This document shows, one piece after another, positions 37,101-52,100 of a stretch of 64,000 nucleotides of DNA. Position numbers and translations under genes: made by a program. The notes below the pieces were generated by a model. It worked only from the letters and a program-made list of their open reading frames with translations. It was not told the origin of the DNA and made no database searches. Source of the stretch: Magallana gigas (Eukaryota); contig NC_088856.1 in assembly GCF_963853765.1 (NCBI RefSeq), positions 34,658,001 to 34,722,000 of the forward strand, read 5' to 3'. The stretch's first letter is position 1; each line of letters starts with the position of its first letter.

Positions 37101-40100
37101 CAAACAAACAAATATTGAATAATGTTATCGAATTTAGCATCAGAATAAAAAAAAAATGTTTCGGAGGGAAAGGACCCCGAGCAAATTACATCAAAGTATC
37201 ATTTACACAAGCCTAAGTGATAGCTAACGGTTTATCGCTACCGGCAGTGTATCATGATGATGAATGCGAATACATACATGGTTTTAAATCAATTAACTGG
37301 ATCTGTCATGTAATTTGAATACCATTGTAAGCTGAGAAGTCAGACTTTGTTGTCTGGATATGACAGCTAGTTGTTTTCATTCAATTTCCTCACTATGAGG
37401 GTTCTAGCTGATTTTGGTGCATGCAGCCTAATTTTTAAAGATTAAAATATATAAGAAAAGTTTGGCTTTTGTTTATTTCAAATTAAAAATGTTTTAATTA
37501 AAAAAGACACAATTATAACATTGAAGTTTAAATAAAAAATAAATGTTTTAATGGAAATAAATTCAAATTTATATGCATTTTCAAGGTCAACTGGGTTATC
37601 TGTAAATGTTCTTATGGCATTCTGTAAAATTATTCTAAACATTCCTTTTCCCCCCTCGCTGAATTCAATTTAGTTAATTAGAATTTTAGGTATTTATTTG
37701 TTGAACTGAGCGCATTACAATTTCATGATAAAGTTACTCAGGGAATTTCAGGCAGATCATTTTTAGAAAATTACATCACATTCGCTTCCCATTCAACAAG
37801 TTCTAATCATAAGGGAATAAAAAAAAAAAAGAAAAAAAAGTTAATGTTCTGGGCATGTATCAAATTTATAGTCATCTTTGCACTAAAATCATGCCCCCCA
37901 AAAAATCATGCGCTTTCAAAAAATAATCTGATAAACGGAAGTAGCTTTTTCATGCTGCTTTTGTCTAATGATTAAATCAGGAAAGCAGTACCTTTACAAT
38001 GCAAGTTGAATATGCCAAAATGGCTGACCCTGGGGCCACCCCCACTTGTACATTTGACCCACTGACACACTGAGAATCTGAGGAGCTTCAGTGTCTCAAC
38101 CTTTCATGTCTTTGACACCTAGTTTTAAATTCAATCACAAACTTCCCCTCTCATGTTTTTTTTGGTCACAAGTCATTCTGATTAATGGGTGAGAAACAAA
38201 AGAAACTCTCCCAGCTGCTACTAATTACCCAATGTTGCAGCTTCCTTTTCTCATTCATAAGTGTGTCAAATGCCTGAGAAATGAAAAAAAAAAAATATCT
38301 ACTGCAGCAAAATTAATCCACTTGTTGACAGAGGCTGTGGGTGCTTATCAGAATTTCCATCTTTCCCCCGTATCCTAAGGTGCAATCCGTAAATAAAAAA
38401 ATAATATGAAGCTGTTTTGCAATCATCAAAGACAAAAGTGTTGATTCACTCTGCCCGGGTTTACTTAATAAACCCACTGATTACTAAAATTAGCGTCAAT
38501 AACATGCGTTGCAATCAGTCGTTTAACTCGGTCACTGGGTTGAATTAAGAGTCCATGAGGGATGGTGCCCAATGACAAATGAAAAGCTGAAGATTCTGCG
38601 TAGCAGGAGTCTTAATTATTTCTACAGGCAACATTCCTTTAATAATCTGTGTCTTTTATCTCTGCTGCTGAGCCAGTATTTTATTTATCTATGTATTTAT
38701 TTGTTCACGTATAAACTGTTACAAAGCAGGATCAATGGTAAAGAAAATCAATAGTAAAAAAATAATTATATACATCATGGGCATTCTCAGAATCCTAAAT
38801 AACCTAGTTCTAGCTGGAGCTAGAAATTTATCCCCATCTTCTCTCTTCAACCACCTAACTCTTCTTGAAAAAAAAAGTTGAAAAATGGGGGGGGGGGGGG
38901 GGGGTAGTTATTAATTTTGGATCTGTTTAGGCCCTGCAGTGCTAGGATTTTACCTGGATTTCCAGCTGGCTGACCACCTGCATCTGGACACGGGCCTGGG
39001 CGGTGCTCCGGTCATCCAACTGATGCTCTGTGGCTAAATGTCTATAGAAAATAGAACAAAAAAGTGTAAATCACCATGATAGTAGAGCTTTTGTACAGAG
39101 AGAGCTATTTATTTTTTCATTTATCCAAACTGCAACAATCATTCCACAATTCACACATTTTTGTAAGGATCACCATTATGCACTTAAGGAGGACTGTTAT
39201 CTAGGACAATGAAGTGCATATCTCTTTTGATTTCACAAAAAATTCAGATTCTGTAGACATTGAAATTCAAGACTAGTAAAAAATATGGCACGTTTTGGCC
39301 GCTTAATGTGCGCTACCTGTGTATTTTAAAAGATCATGTCATTTTGTTTTTAAATATAACTGATAACATTACAACCTTGAGAGAGAGAGAATTTATCCTT
39401 TAAAATATTTTCCCAGTCATCAGATCTAAATTTAGAACAAATATTTGCTACAAAATGTGTAAAAGAAAAGAACCTCCCCAAAAAACAGCGAGAAATAAAC
39501 TAGAAAACCTCTTTGATGAACTTGACAAATATTTATCTGATAGTAATCTTGTCTCTTCCCTCTTGTATTACAAGGAACCCCAGAATACAATAGTGATATT
39601 ACACACAGCAGTATTCATAACCAGGGCTCTCGTGTCACTGAACGCCTTTGCTCAGGGTGACTTAGACATTTTCACTCCGGCACCACACTAAACTGCTCTT
39701 TACCAGGGTGCAACAAACTCTCCAATGTCACACTCTATATACATAACCAAACAAAAATATCAAACCACCCCTAAAAAACCATGACAGTTTTTGCTTGTGG
39801 TTGTAGTGACCAAACAATCGTGTTTGTTTACAATAGCTGACTCAGAAAGTTTATAATACTGGATGAGTGGGTTGTATAGATTTATTTATTGTGATTCAGT
39901 CCCAAATTATCCCCCTGAAATTAAATAAAAAATCACACTCAAACAGTTTCTGGATTTACCTTTGGAATTCTCCCTGATCTTCGCATGGGGTGTCACAGTT
40001 TGGCCACTTACAGCGTCCATGCCGAAACAGACAACCTGTTTTAGATGACCCTGATTTTTCTTCTGTGTCAATGGAAATAGGATGCTGATTCATGAGACCT

Positions 40101-43100
40101 GAAGAAGATCGACGAATGATATCAATTATCTAAACACCATCTACTGTCATTTATTTCATAATCAATCATCACACTGAAGTAAATCCATTAATGTTACCAT
40201 TATCTATTTTAAATCTCTTTGTTTAAAAAAAAAATGAAAAAAAAAAAATATCATACATAATTATCTACAGCCTTTAACTTTTGACAATTTTTTCCATCTC
40301 ATTACATTCATTCCGTTTTACATTCTACCTATCAGCTTTCAGACTTTACCTGTCCCAGGTAAGAATCCGTCGGGTGACAGCCCGTTGGGCCAGTGCCCCT
40401 GGGTTGGGGGGTTTGGGGTGGTCAGTCCGTTGAATGGCGACTTGGGGTCTCCTCCCTCAAGCCCCGATTGGGCGGCCACTTCCTTCCACAGCTGCTGAAT
40501 TTCTGTTGGGGACATCATTCCTGGGGGATACAAAAATGGTCTGGTTAGGAAAAACATGACTGTCATTTCTTGGTGGTTCCCCCACCACTCACAGTACCGC
40601 TCCCACTGTTTCTCTGACCCCAAACTACTAGCTGTTAGTGCTCTGAACTCAGGCAGTGTTGTGTCAGGCAGAAAATTTAATCAATGTTCTTGTTTTCCTA
40701 GTATGATAAACAAAGCCTGTGTTGTCTTTAGCCCACAACAATAACAGCCAAACATTGGCAGCACCAACAGTGTAAACAATACATTTCAGTATTGATCTTT
40801 GAGCTTCACGTTTGCCACAAAATTTTGCACACTGACTAATCAAATCCCTTACAAAAATAATAACATTTCACATGATATGGCCATTTCCATTTCAAGACCT
40901 AGAACGTGCACTGTTTGCATGGTCACACTGAGAGACTGTTTCAACAGACGAAAAACTGCTGCCTTTGCCAATTTTTATTTCTGACTGCCTGAAAAATAAA
41001 CAATGAATATCTGGCTTGTCTGTTCGGCCTACATCAAGGTCACAAACAACACAATTTACCCTGTAAACAAATTAACTTGAATCCCGAATTGATGTTTGTA
41101 CAACAATAACTCTACTATACAGGTCTTCTCAAAAGTCATCTACCATTATTTATGAACAACCATCAGCTAAAAGAACTACTGCAGAAGTTAACAAAATTAT
41201 CTCTACCTAAAATGCAAAGCCCACGGGTCTAGGGGGTGCAACACAGAATTTATTGAATAAAAGAATAAAAAAATGTGGAGCATATCAAAAAGATATGTAA
41301 TTTTAACATGATAATGGCAGCTAGATTGGGACTGACAAACAATATCTAAAAGAACTGCTGAACAGAGCAGCGGATTTCAGGTTAATTGATAACACGAAGT
41401 GGGTCGTTAATTTCCGCTGCTGCTATTTTTGTTTACACTCTGCACAGCCGAGATCAATGAACTACAGTGTACTTGTTTGTTTTATTTTCTAGGCAGATTT
41501 TTTTTTAAGCTGAATTGTTTATCAGGCATCTGCTTAGGGGTTTTAAAGCTCTGAATTATTGAACTGCCTCTGTAGCAGCTCAAAGGGGTTGATAAGATAA
41601 AAAGGCAGATATGAAATAACATTGAAAGAAGGGGGGGGGAGATGAAAAAATACCTAAAAAATGAAGTATCTAAGAGCAATAAATTCAATCAAATCGGTCA
41701 TGATTCTCAAGTAAATCTCCTGGGACTTAATTGACACTCAATTTGAAAGACATAACGCACGTAACATTATTTACAAAAGCCAAGTTTCCAAAAGTAAATA
41801 GTTTGTATCTTCTGTTCAACACTGTGCCTACATGGATCCCAGAGGCCGGCATTAGAGCCCCTGGCACAGATGCAGCGTTTCCTGCGCCAGGGCCCTAGTC
41901 TGCAGCAGGTGAGAATCCCAGCTATCAAGATAAGGCCTGGCAGCAAACACAAACACGGTAAACAAAAGCATTAGTTCCAGGCAAACCTGAGTAAACAAAC
42001 ATGGGGACCACCCTTGCCCCAGTGTAAACAATGCACGGTATAAATAGCAACATTTTTTATCAGTCTCCACCAGAAAAATAAGCAAATCAAAACAGCTAAC
42101 TCCACTCTCCTCACGTTTCTCAGGTACATAGATCGATTCCACGATCTCAAGTTTCAGACCAGAAATTCTTTCAAACTCGGGAATAGGTTTTTTTCTTTTT
42201 AAACTTTCAATTTATGTACGTGCACTCAAGCAAATAAAAAATAATAATATTAACTATTGCCCGTAATCAAAATAAAGTGTACAAAATTATATGAAATTTT
42301 TTTCCTAAGAGTTTAAACAAACTTAAATGTTTAAGATTGAATTATTTTTTTGACCCTAATACATAAATCAACAACTCTTTTTGTTTCCATTTGCTTTGTC
42401 AATTTCTTTATCGCATCCGGCCTGAACACCATCTGCTGAGCATGAGGTACAGGCACATGTAAATCTCTAACTTTAATAATTAATCAATCAATCAACACAT
42501 TATTTCCCCATATACAGATAAAAAATATTGATACAACTACCTAACATATTAATTCCCCCCCTTACATTTAAGATTTCACACAGATTTCATCTGGTAGTGC
42601 TAGCGAACAATGTTGCACAAAGACTAATCTCCATTTATATAAAAGGCCATAAAAGATCTTTTCCCCCTTAATCTTTAAATTCTAAATACAAAATGAGGGA
42701 AGAAATACGTGCAGGTACATTGAAAAAAAATAAAATTGATTATGCCTCTGATATCTATCTTGAGAGACCTGGCTAAGCTTAGTTAGGGCAGCCCATCTTA
42801 CCATTGCGCAGGTACATCTGGAGTTCAGTGGGTCATGTGACAGGTGGGACTTGTTGGTGTTTACCTGTTTGTTTACCTGCATGGCCACAGACAGGGGGCC
42901 CCCAAAAACTCAGGTGTCGGGCTGGAGTAATTAGTTGACACCTTGTGTCCTTTATGTTTATCGAGTGGTCTAAACATCACATTTACTGGCATGTGTCCGG
43001 CCATTCACTCCCTGACACCTAACTGTCTTCCTACTGACACACATTTTATTTTTTGGGCTCTTGTCGCCCCCCTCTGATGAATGTATATTGCTGACCATGT

Positions 43101-46100
43101 TAATCCAGGGCTAAGTGTGCTGAGCATGCATTTTTACCAAGTGACAAAGAATAAACAGTTCTTTTATAGAAATAAAACTTTAAGTTTAAGGAAATAATGG
43201 GGGAATGATATTCAGAATATATGCACTTAACAATTATTTTATGTGAAAAATTTCACCTTCACAACACAATTATGAAACATATAATTTTTATACAGTGTCA
43301 ATTATTTTTTCTCCTAAAAAAAAACAACTTCAAAATAATAAATATATATACATGTATAAAAATTTAGGGTAGATATACATTACATAATGAATTTTTTTTT
43401 TTCCATCTCTGCATGAAATTCAGACACGCTTAGTCTTGCATGATCATGCAAAAAAACAAAAAGTACACAGAAAATAAATAAAAACTTTCCAGACTGTTTA
43501 ATGAAAAAGTTTTTAAAAAAAACACTGCACTACATAAAATTATCCAACATCACTCGATCATCATACACAGTCAGTCATGACTAATTCTAACCATTTCGCG
43601 CTGTAATTTGGGGAATGACTTTGTGGAACTAAGAGAGAAAAAATAATTACAAAGGGAATCTGTATTTTTAGAAAGTGCAATCTTTATGTCTGAAGCTTGT
43701 TGATTACACAAATTTTCTCTTGCTAGGTCGTCCATTAACTTGCGCAGTGACCAAAGCATTAATTTAGAGAAACCTTGTATATGGATGTTTTTTTTTAGCT
43801 GTTTCAATTGTCAGGCACTCTTAGTTATTTTTTCTTTGATCTCCTTAAATCCAAGTTAAAAAAATATTTCATCTAACCAGATCGAGTAATTTTTTTTTTA
43901 ATGGTATACTAAAATAAAAGTACACAGTCCCTTGAAATCATGATCAAAATGTTTATTTATAATTGCATTGTCTCCACACTTTTTTATTCTTTATATCCTA
44001 ATTATTTTTATGCTGTAAAGCAATTCCTCTCCTTCACACGTGAAAGAGCTGTCAGTTATATTGACAGTTGGATCAGTGAAATTGACACTGCTACAGTCCT
44101 GTACAGTTTTAATGTACCTAAAAAGTGGCTCTCTTTGACATGTCTGAATGTTCTAGTCAATTACCAGTGTAATCCCCAGATGCATGCATTCGGATTAATA
44201 GAGGAAGTTATATATTTCACTATAAGCATGTTGTCATGACATCTCGCTGAGGAATATTAATACTTTTATCCAATCTCCGCAAGAGAAAAAGAATTAAAAA
44301 ACATTTGATTTTTTTTCTCCAAAAATACTAGTTAAATGGCCGGTTGATTAATAATTTTTCAATTTTATTCTTTATGTCTAAAAATTATGTGTAAATACTA
44401 TTCAGTACATAATCCATCGTGATAAAATTGAAAGTGATTTCTACCAAAAATCCCTGAACAAATCTTGATAGGTAGATTCTATCACTATATATTAAAATAA
44501 ATTTCCTGTATTCGTATAGAAATGCTATCTATCCTAATCTTGCAAAAAAATCGCATACATGTACCAAGTTCTCCATTACAGTTTAGCTTATACAAATCTC
44601 AGCTACAATGATACAATGTAATTAAGGTATATATTTTTTTAACTTCACATTACATGCATATTCATCAAAGCGAGCATCTTGGGAGATGTTCTGATTTCCT
44701 TGAAAAACTGTTGTTGAATGAGTAAATCTTTTTCAATATAGTTTTGCCTCAATCAATATGAAGGTCACACTGGTTCTAGGTTCATCGACCTCTAAGGCTT
44801 GTTTAACCTAAAATCAGATTTCTAATAAATACATATTCAATAAACTAGCTGTATTTACAGAGAAGGAATCAAGAAACACTTTTAGCCTGATACCTATAAT
44901 AAAACACCTCTGTGATTTATTAGTCCATTAATGTCTGGAAAAATAAAGGCAATGATAGCTTGATTGCCGATTTAATAAATCTCCGCGTTTCGCTGCTGCC
45001 TTTTGGGAAACATTAAAAAAATCTTACATGCACCAATCTATCGAATATGCAATAAAAAACATTTTTACAAATTTACAGACAGAAATGGTGGAAAGTAACA
45101 CACTGAGGTGGCCTTGATAAGGCTTAAAGACTCGATCTGTTGCCATTATTCTCCAAATTGTTGGTTATTGGCACAGTTTTCACAAGTACAGTACATATAT
45201 AGCGACTAAAAGTGAATAAACTAATAAAACGAAAAGAGGAATTAGATACAAAACCAAACTAAAATAAAATCAATTCTGTAAAATAAATATCTGCACTTTT
45301 CAGTGATGCAAACCAGTTTGACATTTATTTTAATCAACAGTTAGACAAACAGCGACCCACAAATTAAATAGATTGAGCTAAAAAAACTATAAAAAAAAAA
45401 ACAACACAAAAAAGCCATGGAAACTGGTGTCTTGTAGTTGGGCCATATAAAACAAGTAAGCGTTGCTGATTGAAACAAGACTAGTCAGCATATTGCATCA
45501 TGTCGTGGGCAACAAGCGAATGCATCATACCATGTTGTGCGTCCATTCCAACTTCCTCCAAACATTATAAAACATCATTATCGTTTATTTTTTTCTAATT
45601 TTATTTGTTAGCAGATGGTGATCAGGCTTGAGGAAACGTCAGAATTTCGACATCAGGGCTTTGACGTGATTCATATCAGATGTAAATATTAACATCATGA
45701 AAGACAATGCAACAAAACACGCAGATAAGCCTCTGGTTTTTGATTTGCTCTGCCCCTATTTAATTATAACACCAGGCTCAAACCTTCCACAAGCTATGTC
45801 ATATTGGCGAGCAGATTCAATTCAACTATTTACTTTAATGATCTATTGAATTTGTTGTCTGCGCTTATGGACAGACTTTGTTACAACACAACCCTACAAA
45901 AACCTCACAAATTGAATTTGTAACTTTTTTTTATGTCAATATAAGTGTTCAACAACATAAAAATTCATGTTTATAAAAGAAAAAATACAGCTGATCAACA
46001 TCTATTTTGGGTTTACGATGCAACTTCTTAATTATCTGAATTTATAAACTTTTTCTGCATTATAGAACTTTAATTTTCACTCCCTCTCTAAACAGTCATT

Positions 46101-49100
46101 CCATAAAATAACATGCGCCAAAAAACATAACAACTAAAAGAGTCTTTTACCTTGTGGGACTCCGAATGGTTGTACAAGACATGCTAGAAGGAACTGTCGT
46201 TGCTGGAGCTGTATTTGCTGAATTTGTTGCACCAGCTGCTGTTGTTGCACAGCCAGTTGCTGAAGTTGTTGCTTACTGTTCTTATTCTTGTCTGAGGTGC
46301 CCTGCATCAGTTGGGATTGCTGAATGACATTCAGTTGAAGCTGCTCATTCAGTTCTTGGAGGATGTGTTCTTGTAATTTCTGCTGCTGTTAATGAATAAA
46401 ACATAACATGAACATTTTTATTAAAGTTTTGCTCGACTTTTAAAGACTTGTTATGAGTATACAAAAAGAAAAAAAAAAACCTGTTTATATATTATTCCTG
46501 GTATTAAAAGAAAACAAACAAAGATGAAAATAGCAATGGAAAACAGCCGTTACAAATATACCATACTGAAGCGGAAATATAGACTTTCAGTAGAACGCTG
46601 ACAAATTGGAAATAAGTGGCTATTATTTACAACTCTCTAAATTTGGACCACAGATAGGCATATTTGTGTAATTATGCAAATGACACCCCACGAACATACA
46701 AACAAGGTCTCAATTAAGGCCCCGAAACAAATGGCCGCGGTTTCCCCGGGCTGCTTATAAATTACAGACAAAGAGACATCCTCACTTAAGCATAACAGAT
46801 TGCAACAACAAAAACTATAACTTTAATCTGTTCATGGCGTTATGAAATGAATTAGCCGTGTCTCCGCTGAGGACTTCCTCATACACTGCCAGTCTGCAGG
46901 GATTCGGAGGTTATAGTAGATATGTTTCAGAGGAAATGACAAATTTGTTGGACACTCTTAGTACAGCACTGCTTTCAGAAACACTTTTGTTTAGTGCCAT
47001 TAAGAAGTGCACCAGTTTAAACTGTACAGATAACATCAGTTGATCCCTGTGTTCGTGCTACAGGTCACATATATATACATCATTCTTAGCACTGTCAACG
47101 ACATATTTCAAAATATGTAATTGCTTATTTCTGAACGTACATATCAGCAGACATTCCTTTCATAAGTTTCTGTAATTATCTTTTGTTCATATGAAAAATA
47201 CCGAAATTTCAATTCATACAAAATATATATTTCAAGTCATTTTTTGTCTGTCTTTCAGAGATGGGACATAAAAAAAAGGGCTTCAGTTGAACGGTGGTCA
47301 TCTTGACTTAGGTACCGTATCTTAGAACAAGCAGCCAGTTATTTATATGAACACTGTTAGATATTCTTCGACAGAAAATTTCAAGCACATTGTAAGAGTT
47401 AAAATCAGCATGTTTATAACTGTACTGGCAACTGTATGACACATATACAACCTATCAAAATAGAATTCATAAAAAATAATGCCAGTGTTTGTGTTGTTGG
47501 TTTCAAGTTTAGAGCATCTAAATTGTTTAATTTTATGACAAACAGGAAACACAGCAATTCTGGCTTCATGTTTTTTCCTACTTTAATTATCTCTGTCACT
47601 GATTTCTAAAAATATCTGAAATATTTCATGCTTGATTCAGAAAAAGAGAAGATATGCTTTTATAAATAAGTATATATTTTTTTCTCTTCCTTCAGGTATT
47701 ATAAGCTTGAATTGATTAGAGTCAGTTGACAGGTAGCAGACACCTAGATGACCATTCAAGGTGTGAAGTATACGCTCTACCTGTCCAAGGCCTGGCCATA
47801 TTCTAACCTAATGAACTAGAAAGCCTGGGGACACAGACAACTTGTCAAACTCTACGTTTGGCTGGCCTGCTAGTGGGAGAACATCATTTGATGTAGTGTT
47901 ATTTTTATAGGTTAATTTCCACACAGAATGGTCATAGTCTCATAAAAAAGGTCATTTTTCTTTGTCTACAAAACATCTAATTTAAGAGCAAAACATGCAA
48001 ATGATTTGAAACAAAAGACAAGGTGCATTTGTAACAAGATGAACAGACCAGACATGAGAAATGTTTTTAGGCCCCAGATAATCATTCATCATGTCTCAAA
48101 TCTTCTTGTTAGCATTATGTAATATGTACACAAATAAAACAAAGAATTTTTTAAATACGCCTTCTTTTTCATAAAAAAAATTTATGGGCATCATAAAAAC
48201 TAAATCAGTATTTACTTTATTGTTTTATATTTGCTTAAAGATACATGAAATAAAGATGGGTATAAAAATTTATAAGTTAAAAATACAATGATAATTCAGC
48301 CCTCTTTGTTTTATAACACGGTACCTCTTTGATTTTTGTTTTATGAAACATGCTTGATTTGTAGAGCCTATTTTATCTGAATATGGCCGTATGCTTTTTG
48401 GGGGGTTATCATACCTGGTGTTGCAACATTGCTGTCTGATGCTGCATCATCTGTTGCTGAGCGGATAGACCCTGATTTTGTTGCTGCAGCAACTGCTGCA
48501 TATGCTGAGGGAGCAACCCGTGTTGAGCAGCCATCATCATCAGAGGCTGCTGGCTGCCGGAATTGAGCTCGATGGCACTGTTGGACTTGACCTTGCGTTT
48601 AGCTGCACTTTGGCTAGAGGTGGGGGAGTTGGGGGTGGGGGAAAGGGAACTGAGGACTCGGTGAGCCGGGCTTTTGTCCTCAGCCTCTTGACAAAGGGGG
48701 GAGTGTCCCTGTAAAAGATGAAAAACTGTTAAAAGAATATTCTGAACACAGGTTGGCCTAATGTATGTAGCTTTATGAAAGCAAAATGGCTCATATAGTT
48801 AAAATTCAAAGCATGTTACACTCTGTTCAAAGAAGGAGATAAGAAAAAAAAATCAAGTGATTTGTGTGTAGACTGAAATGATATTGTGTTGGGGATAGGT
48901 GAAGTGGGAGGGAACTGTGGGGGTACCTTAACTTCCTCGTCCTTCATACTACTGCGCTCTGTTGTCTCCCGTCCTGAGGATAGATTTACAGCGCCTTCAT
49001 CACATCTCTCCATTATGCCATTCTCCTAGAAAGAGATAATGATAAGTTTTAGAGACATCCCTTGTCAGTATGTATGACAACAAGTGTTAGAATAACAAAG

Positions 49101-52100
49101 CGGTGGAGTGAAAACTGTGGCAAGACATCCATATATTGCCAATTAACTATGCATCTAAACCAGTCAAGGACAAAAAAAAAAACCCAAATACCAAACAGAG
49201 CTATGCATTCTCAGTATTTGGAACATCTGTGTTGTTGTATTTAGTAAAAGGAAAATGATCACATATATTGTACTACACTTAATAGTCTACAAACAGGTAT
49301 ATTACCGAAGTACATGTGCAGAAAGCAGATCAAGAAATTGTTAACATGAAGCATGTGTTTCTTTTGTTCATTTTTCCAAATAGCAATGTGATAAAAAAAA
49401 CAGTGAAAAGCTGTCAATGTGACAGCAATCTGTATCCATAATCCATGTCAACCCTGAATTGATAAACACTACCTATACAGTATCTAGTGAAATGGAGTAC
49501 CCTATATGCAATATTTTGCCAAAAAGTGACTAAGTTCAAAAGCTGGTATGTTTTCCATAAATTATCAGAACTCAAAATCCTAGAAATCCTTGGCAGCTGC
49601 CCGCCCATCCACCGGCCCGCCCGCCAGTTTCACCATTTTAATAACCGGATTTTAAATATTATTAAAAAGTCTGACTGTGTTCATATTACAAATGAAAATT
49701 CCAATTAACAACTAATCATTATCAATATCTGTGTCTACAAAAGTTAACGTTTATATATACATGTGCAATCCTTTTTAATTCCAGAAATTCATCTGATTGG
49801 TTAAGACTGTTTCACTTAATTTACACTTCAAAATTAAGCAGACAAATAGAGAGATAGAACCGTTTAAACTAAATAGATAACTATATCTTCAAGACTCTCA
49901 CCTAAGAGACAATTATCACTTTCGTGCAGAAATGGGTCAATCTTTATTAATGGAAACAGAGAACAAATGCTCCATGCAGTCCCGTCACTAATTCTGTGAC
50001 ATACACACGGCTCGAGTACCGTATATTCCAATGAACAGTGCTCATCAATCAAACTCAGCCACCTACATATCTCGATCATCAGGATTTTTTTCATTTCCTT
50101 CAAACTTACTCGTAAGAGAATGTTCAAGTACATTACCCCCTTCTTTTACTTATGGCTGTTGCATCACTCGTATCCCGATCCCATTAATTAAAACAATATA
50201 TGACTAATTCATAACCCATTGATGACCAACTCTTCACTGACTGTTCTAAATATAGCTCCTTTCTGATGTGTGTCACTAGGTCAACATGCTACCTCCCATG
50301 TCTTGTACCACTAAAACAGGTCTTTTCTCGCGGCTTAAGTGACGATATCCTGACTTAATAAGATTAAAATATAAATAACTTAAGGAATTATGGACACGTT
50401 CTTACAGAGTATCATGACTTCTATTCCTCTGTTATATAATAATTTTTTTCCTTCTTGACCTTAAGATAATTGAATGACTACAATGAAGACTTAAATTCTC
50501 CTGTTAACAGTCATATCATAACCTCAGATTTAATCAGTGCTAGTTATATACCCTGGTATATGAATCCTCTGCTAATTTTATTCTAAATGTATACTACGTA
50601 CAATTTACAATGCATGTACCACAATTAATAATATTATTCTATAATAATTAAACTTTAAGTAACAATAAAAAAGCAAAATTATCTAAATTTTAATCTTTAA
50701 GGCATGCAAGGACAAAAATTTTGAAAGCAAAGGTATGTTAAATTTTTTTTCTTGACATGAAAATTAAGTTTTCTTGTATAGTACAGAAGGATATATCAAG
50801 AAATTTTCTCTCTATCTCTTTAAATATCGTGCTATCAACAATTTGCTGTCAATAACAATCTAATTAAGTTAAACATAATGATTAATATTAAACTTCTGCC
50901 AATTCAGATTATAAAAGTACATATATTCTTATACAACCTATTTTTTTTTTCCTTTACAAAACTGCAATAAAAAAGGTTAAATATTTCAACATGACAATGA
51001 TCCAAAATCAGACAAGGATTTTAATTGGGAAATTGGCCTACAGGTGGGTATAGGTTTTAATTGGGGCATTATTAATTATGGAATAAAAGTCGACACAATA
51101 ATCCAGCCCGTAGGAGGCCTTTTTATTAAGCGATTGTTTTTATTTATCGTGACCCTCAACACCCCGAGAAACAAAATAACCGCTTAACCATAAACACAGT
51201 TCTGTTGTGTGTTTGCCTGCAATCTGATCCCATTTGAGCCGATCATATTTAAAAAAGCTGTTTATCAAATTAAAATCCCACAACATAATCAAAAGATATT
51301 AATCTTATATCAAAGAAATGTGAGTTTGCAGAAATATCAATTTAAAAACTCAAACACAACAATGCTGTTTCATGATTTTGTGTTCTTAACTTTGGCAAAT
51401 CCTGGACAGCCCCCCTGTTCTATAACAGTGTGCCCTCAAGACAGGTATAAAAAAAGATCAGCCGTTTAACTTTCAGGCCAATACACAATCCTCACATCAA
51501 ATTGCCTCGCCTGATATGTGTACACAGAAATGAAACATTCGTTTCAAATATTCTCCAGCACACTAGATCAGAAAAATATACTTACAAAAAGATCGAGGTA
51601 CATAATTGTATTTACCTACGACATTTTGTTGTGTGGGAAAAACACCATCCTGGCTGCCCAAAGTGTACAGCAATTTGTACATACTATAAACTTTCTTGAT
51701 AAGGCACCAATAAACAAATGTTTGTAATTCTTATCAATCGGAGTGCTTCATAAAATACACGCATTGAAACGCGCCACATTCAGAAAAACAGTAGAGGGGG
51801 AAATTCGAGAGCTGCACAGAATTACAATGTTAATCCGTTATATTCAACGCAGTGATAGATTGTGCCACTTTCCTATACATCTATCTATGTAAAAATTATA
51901 CTTGTTGAAGAGAAAAGGTTCGGAATCCTTCTTTTTTATTTTCATAACTACTGTGCAGCATACATTAGTTTGGTGTAATATACCTAGTCATACAAATCTT
52001 CAATTCATCAATACCCTTTACAGAATAAGTTTTTGTGTGGGCCTTCATCATCGGTTCAACACTGACTGATGTGTAATAGGCAATCATAAAAAAAATCACA

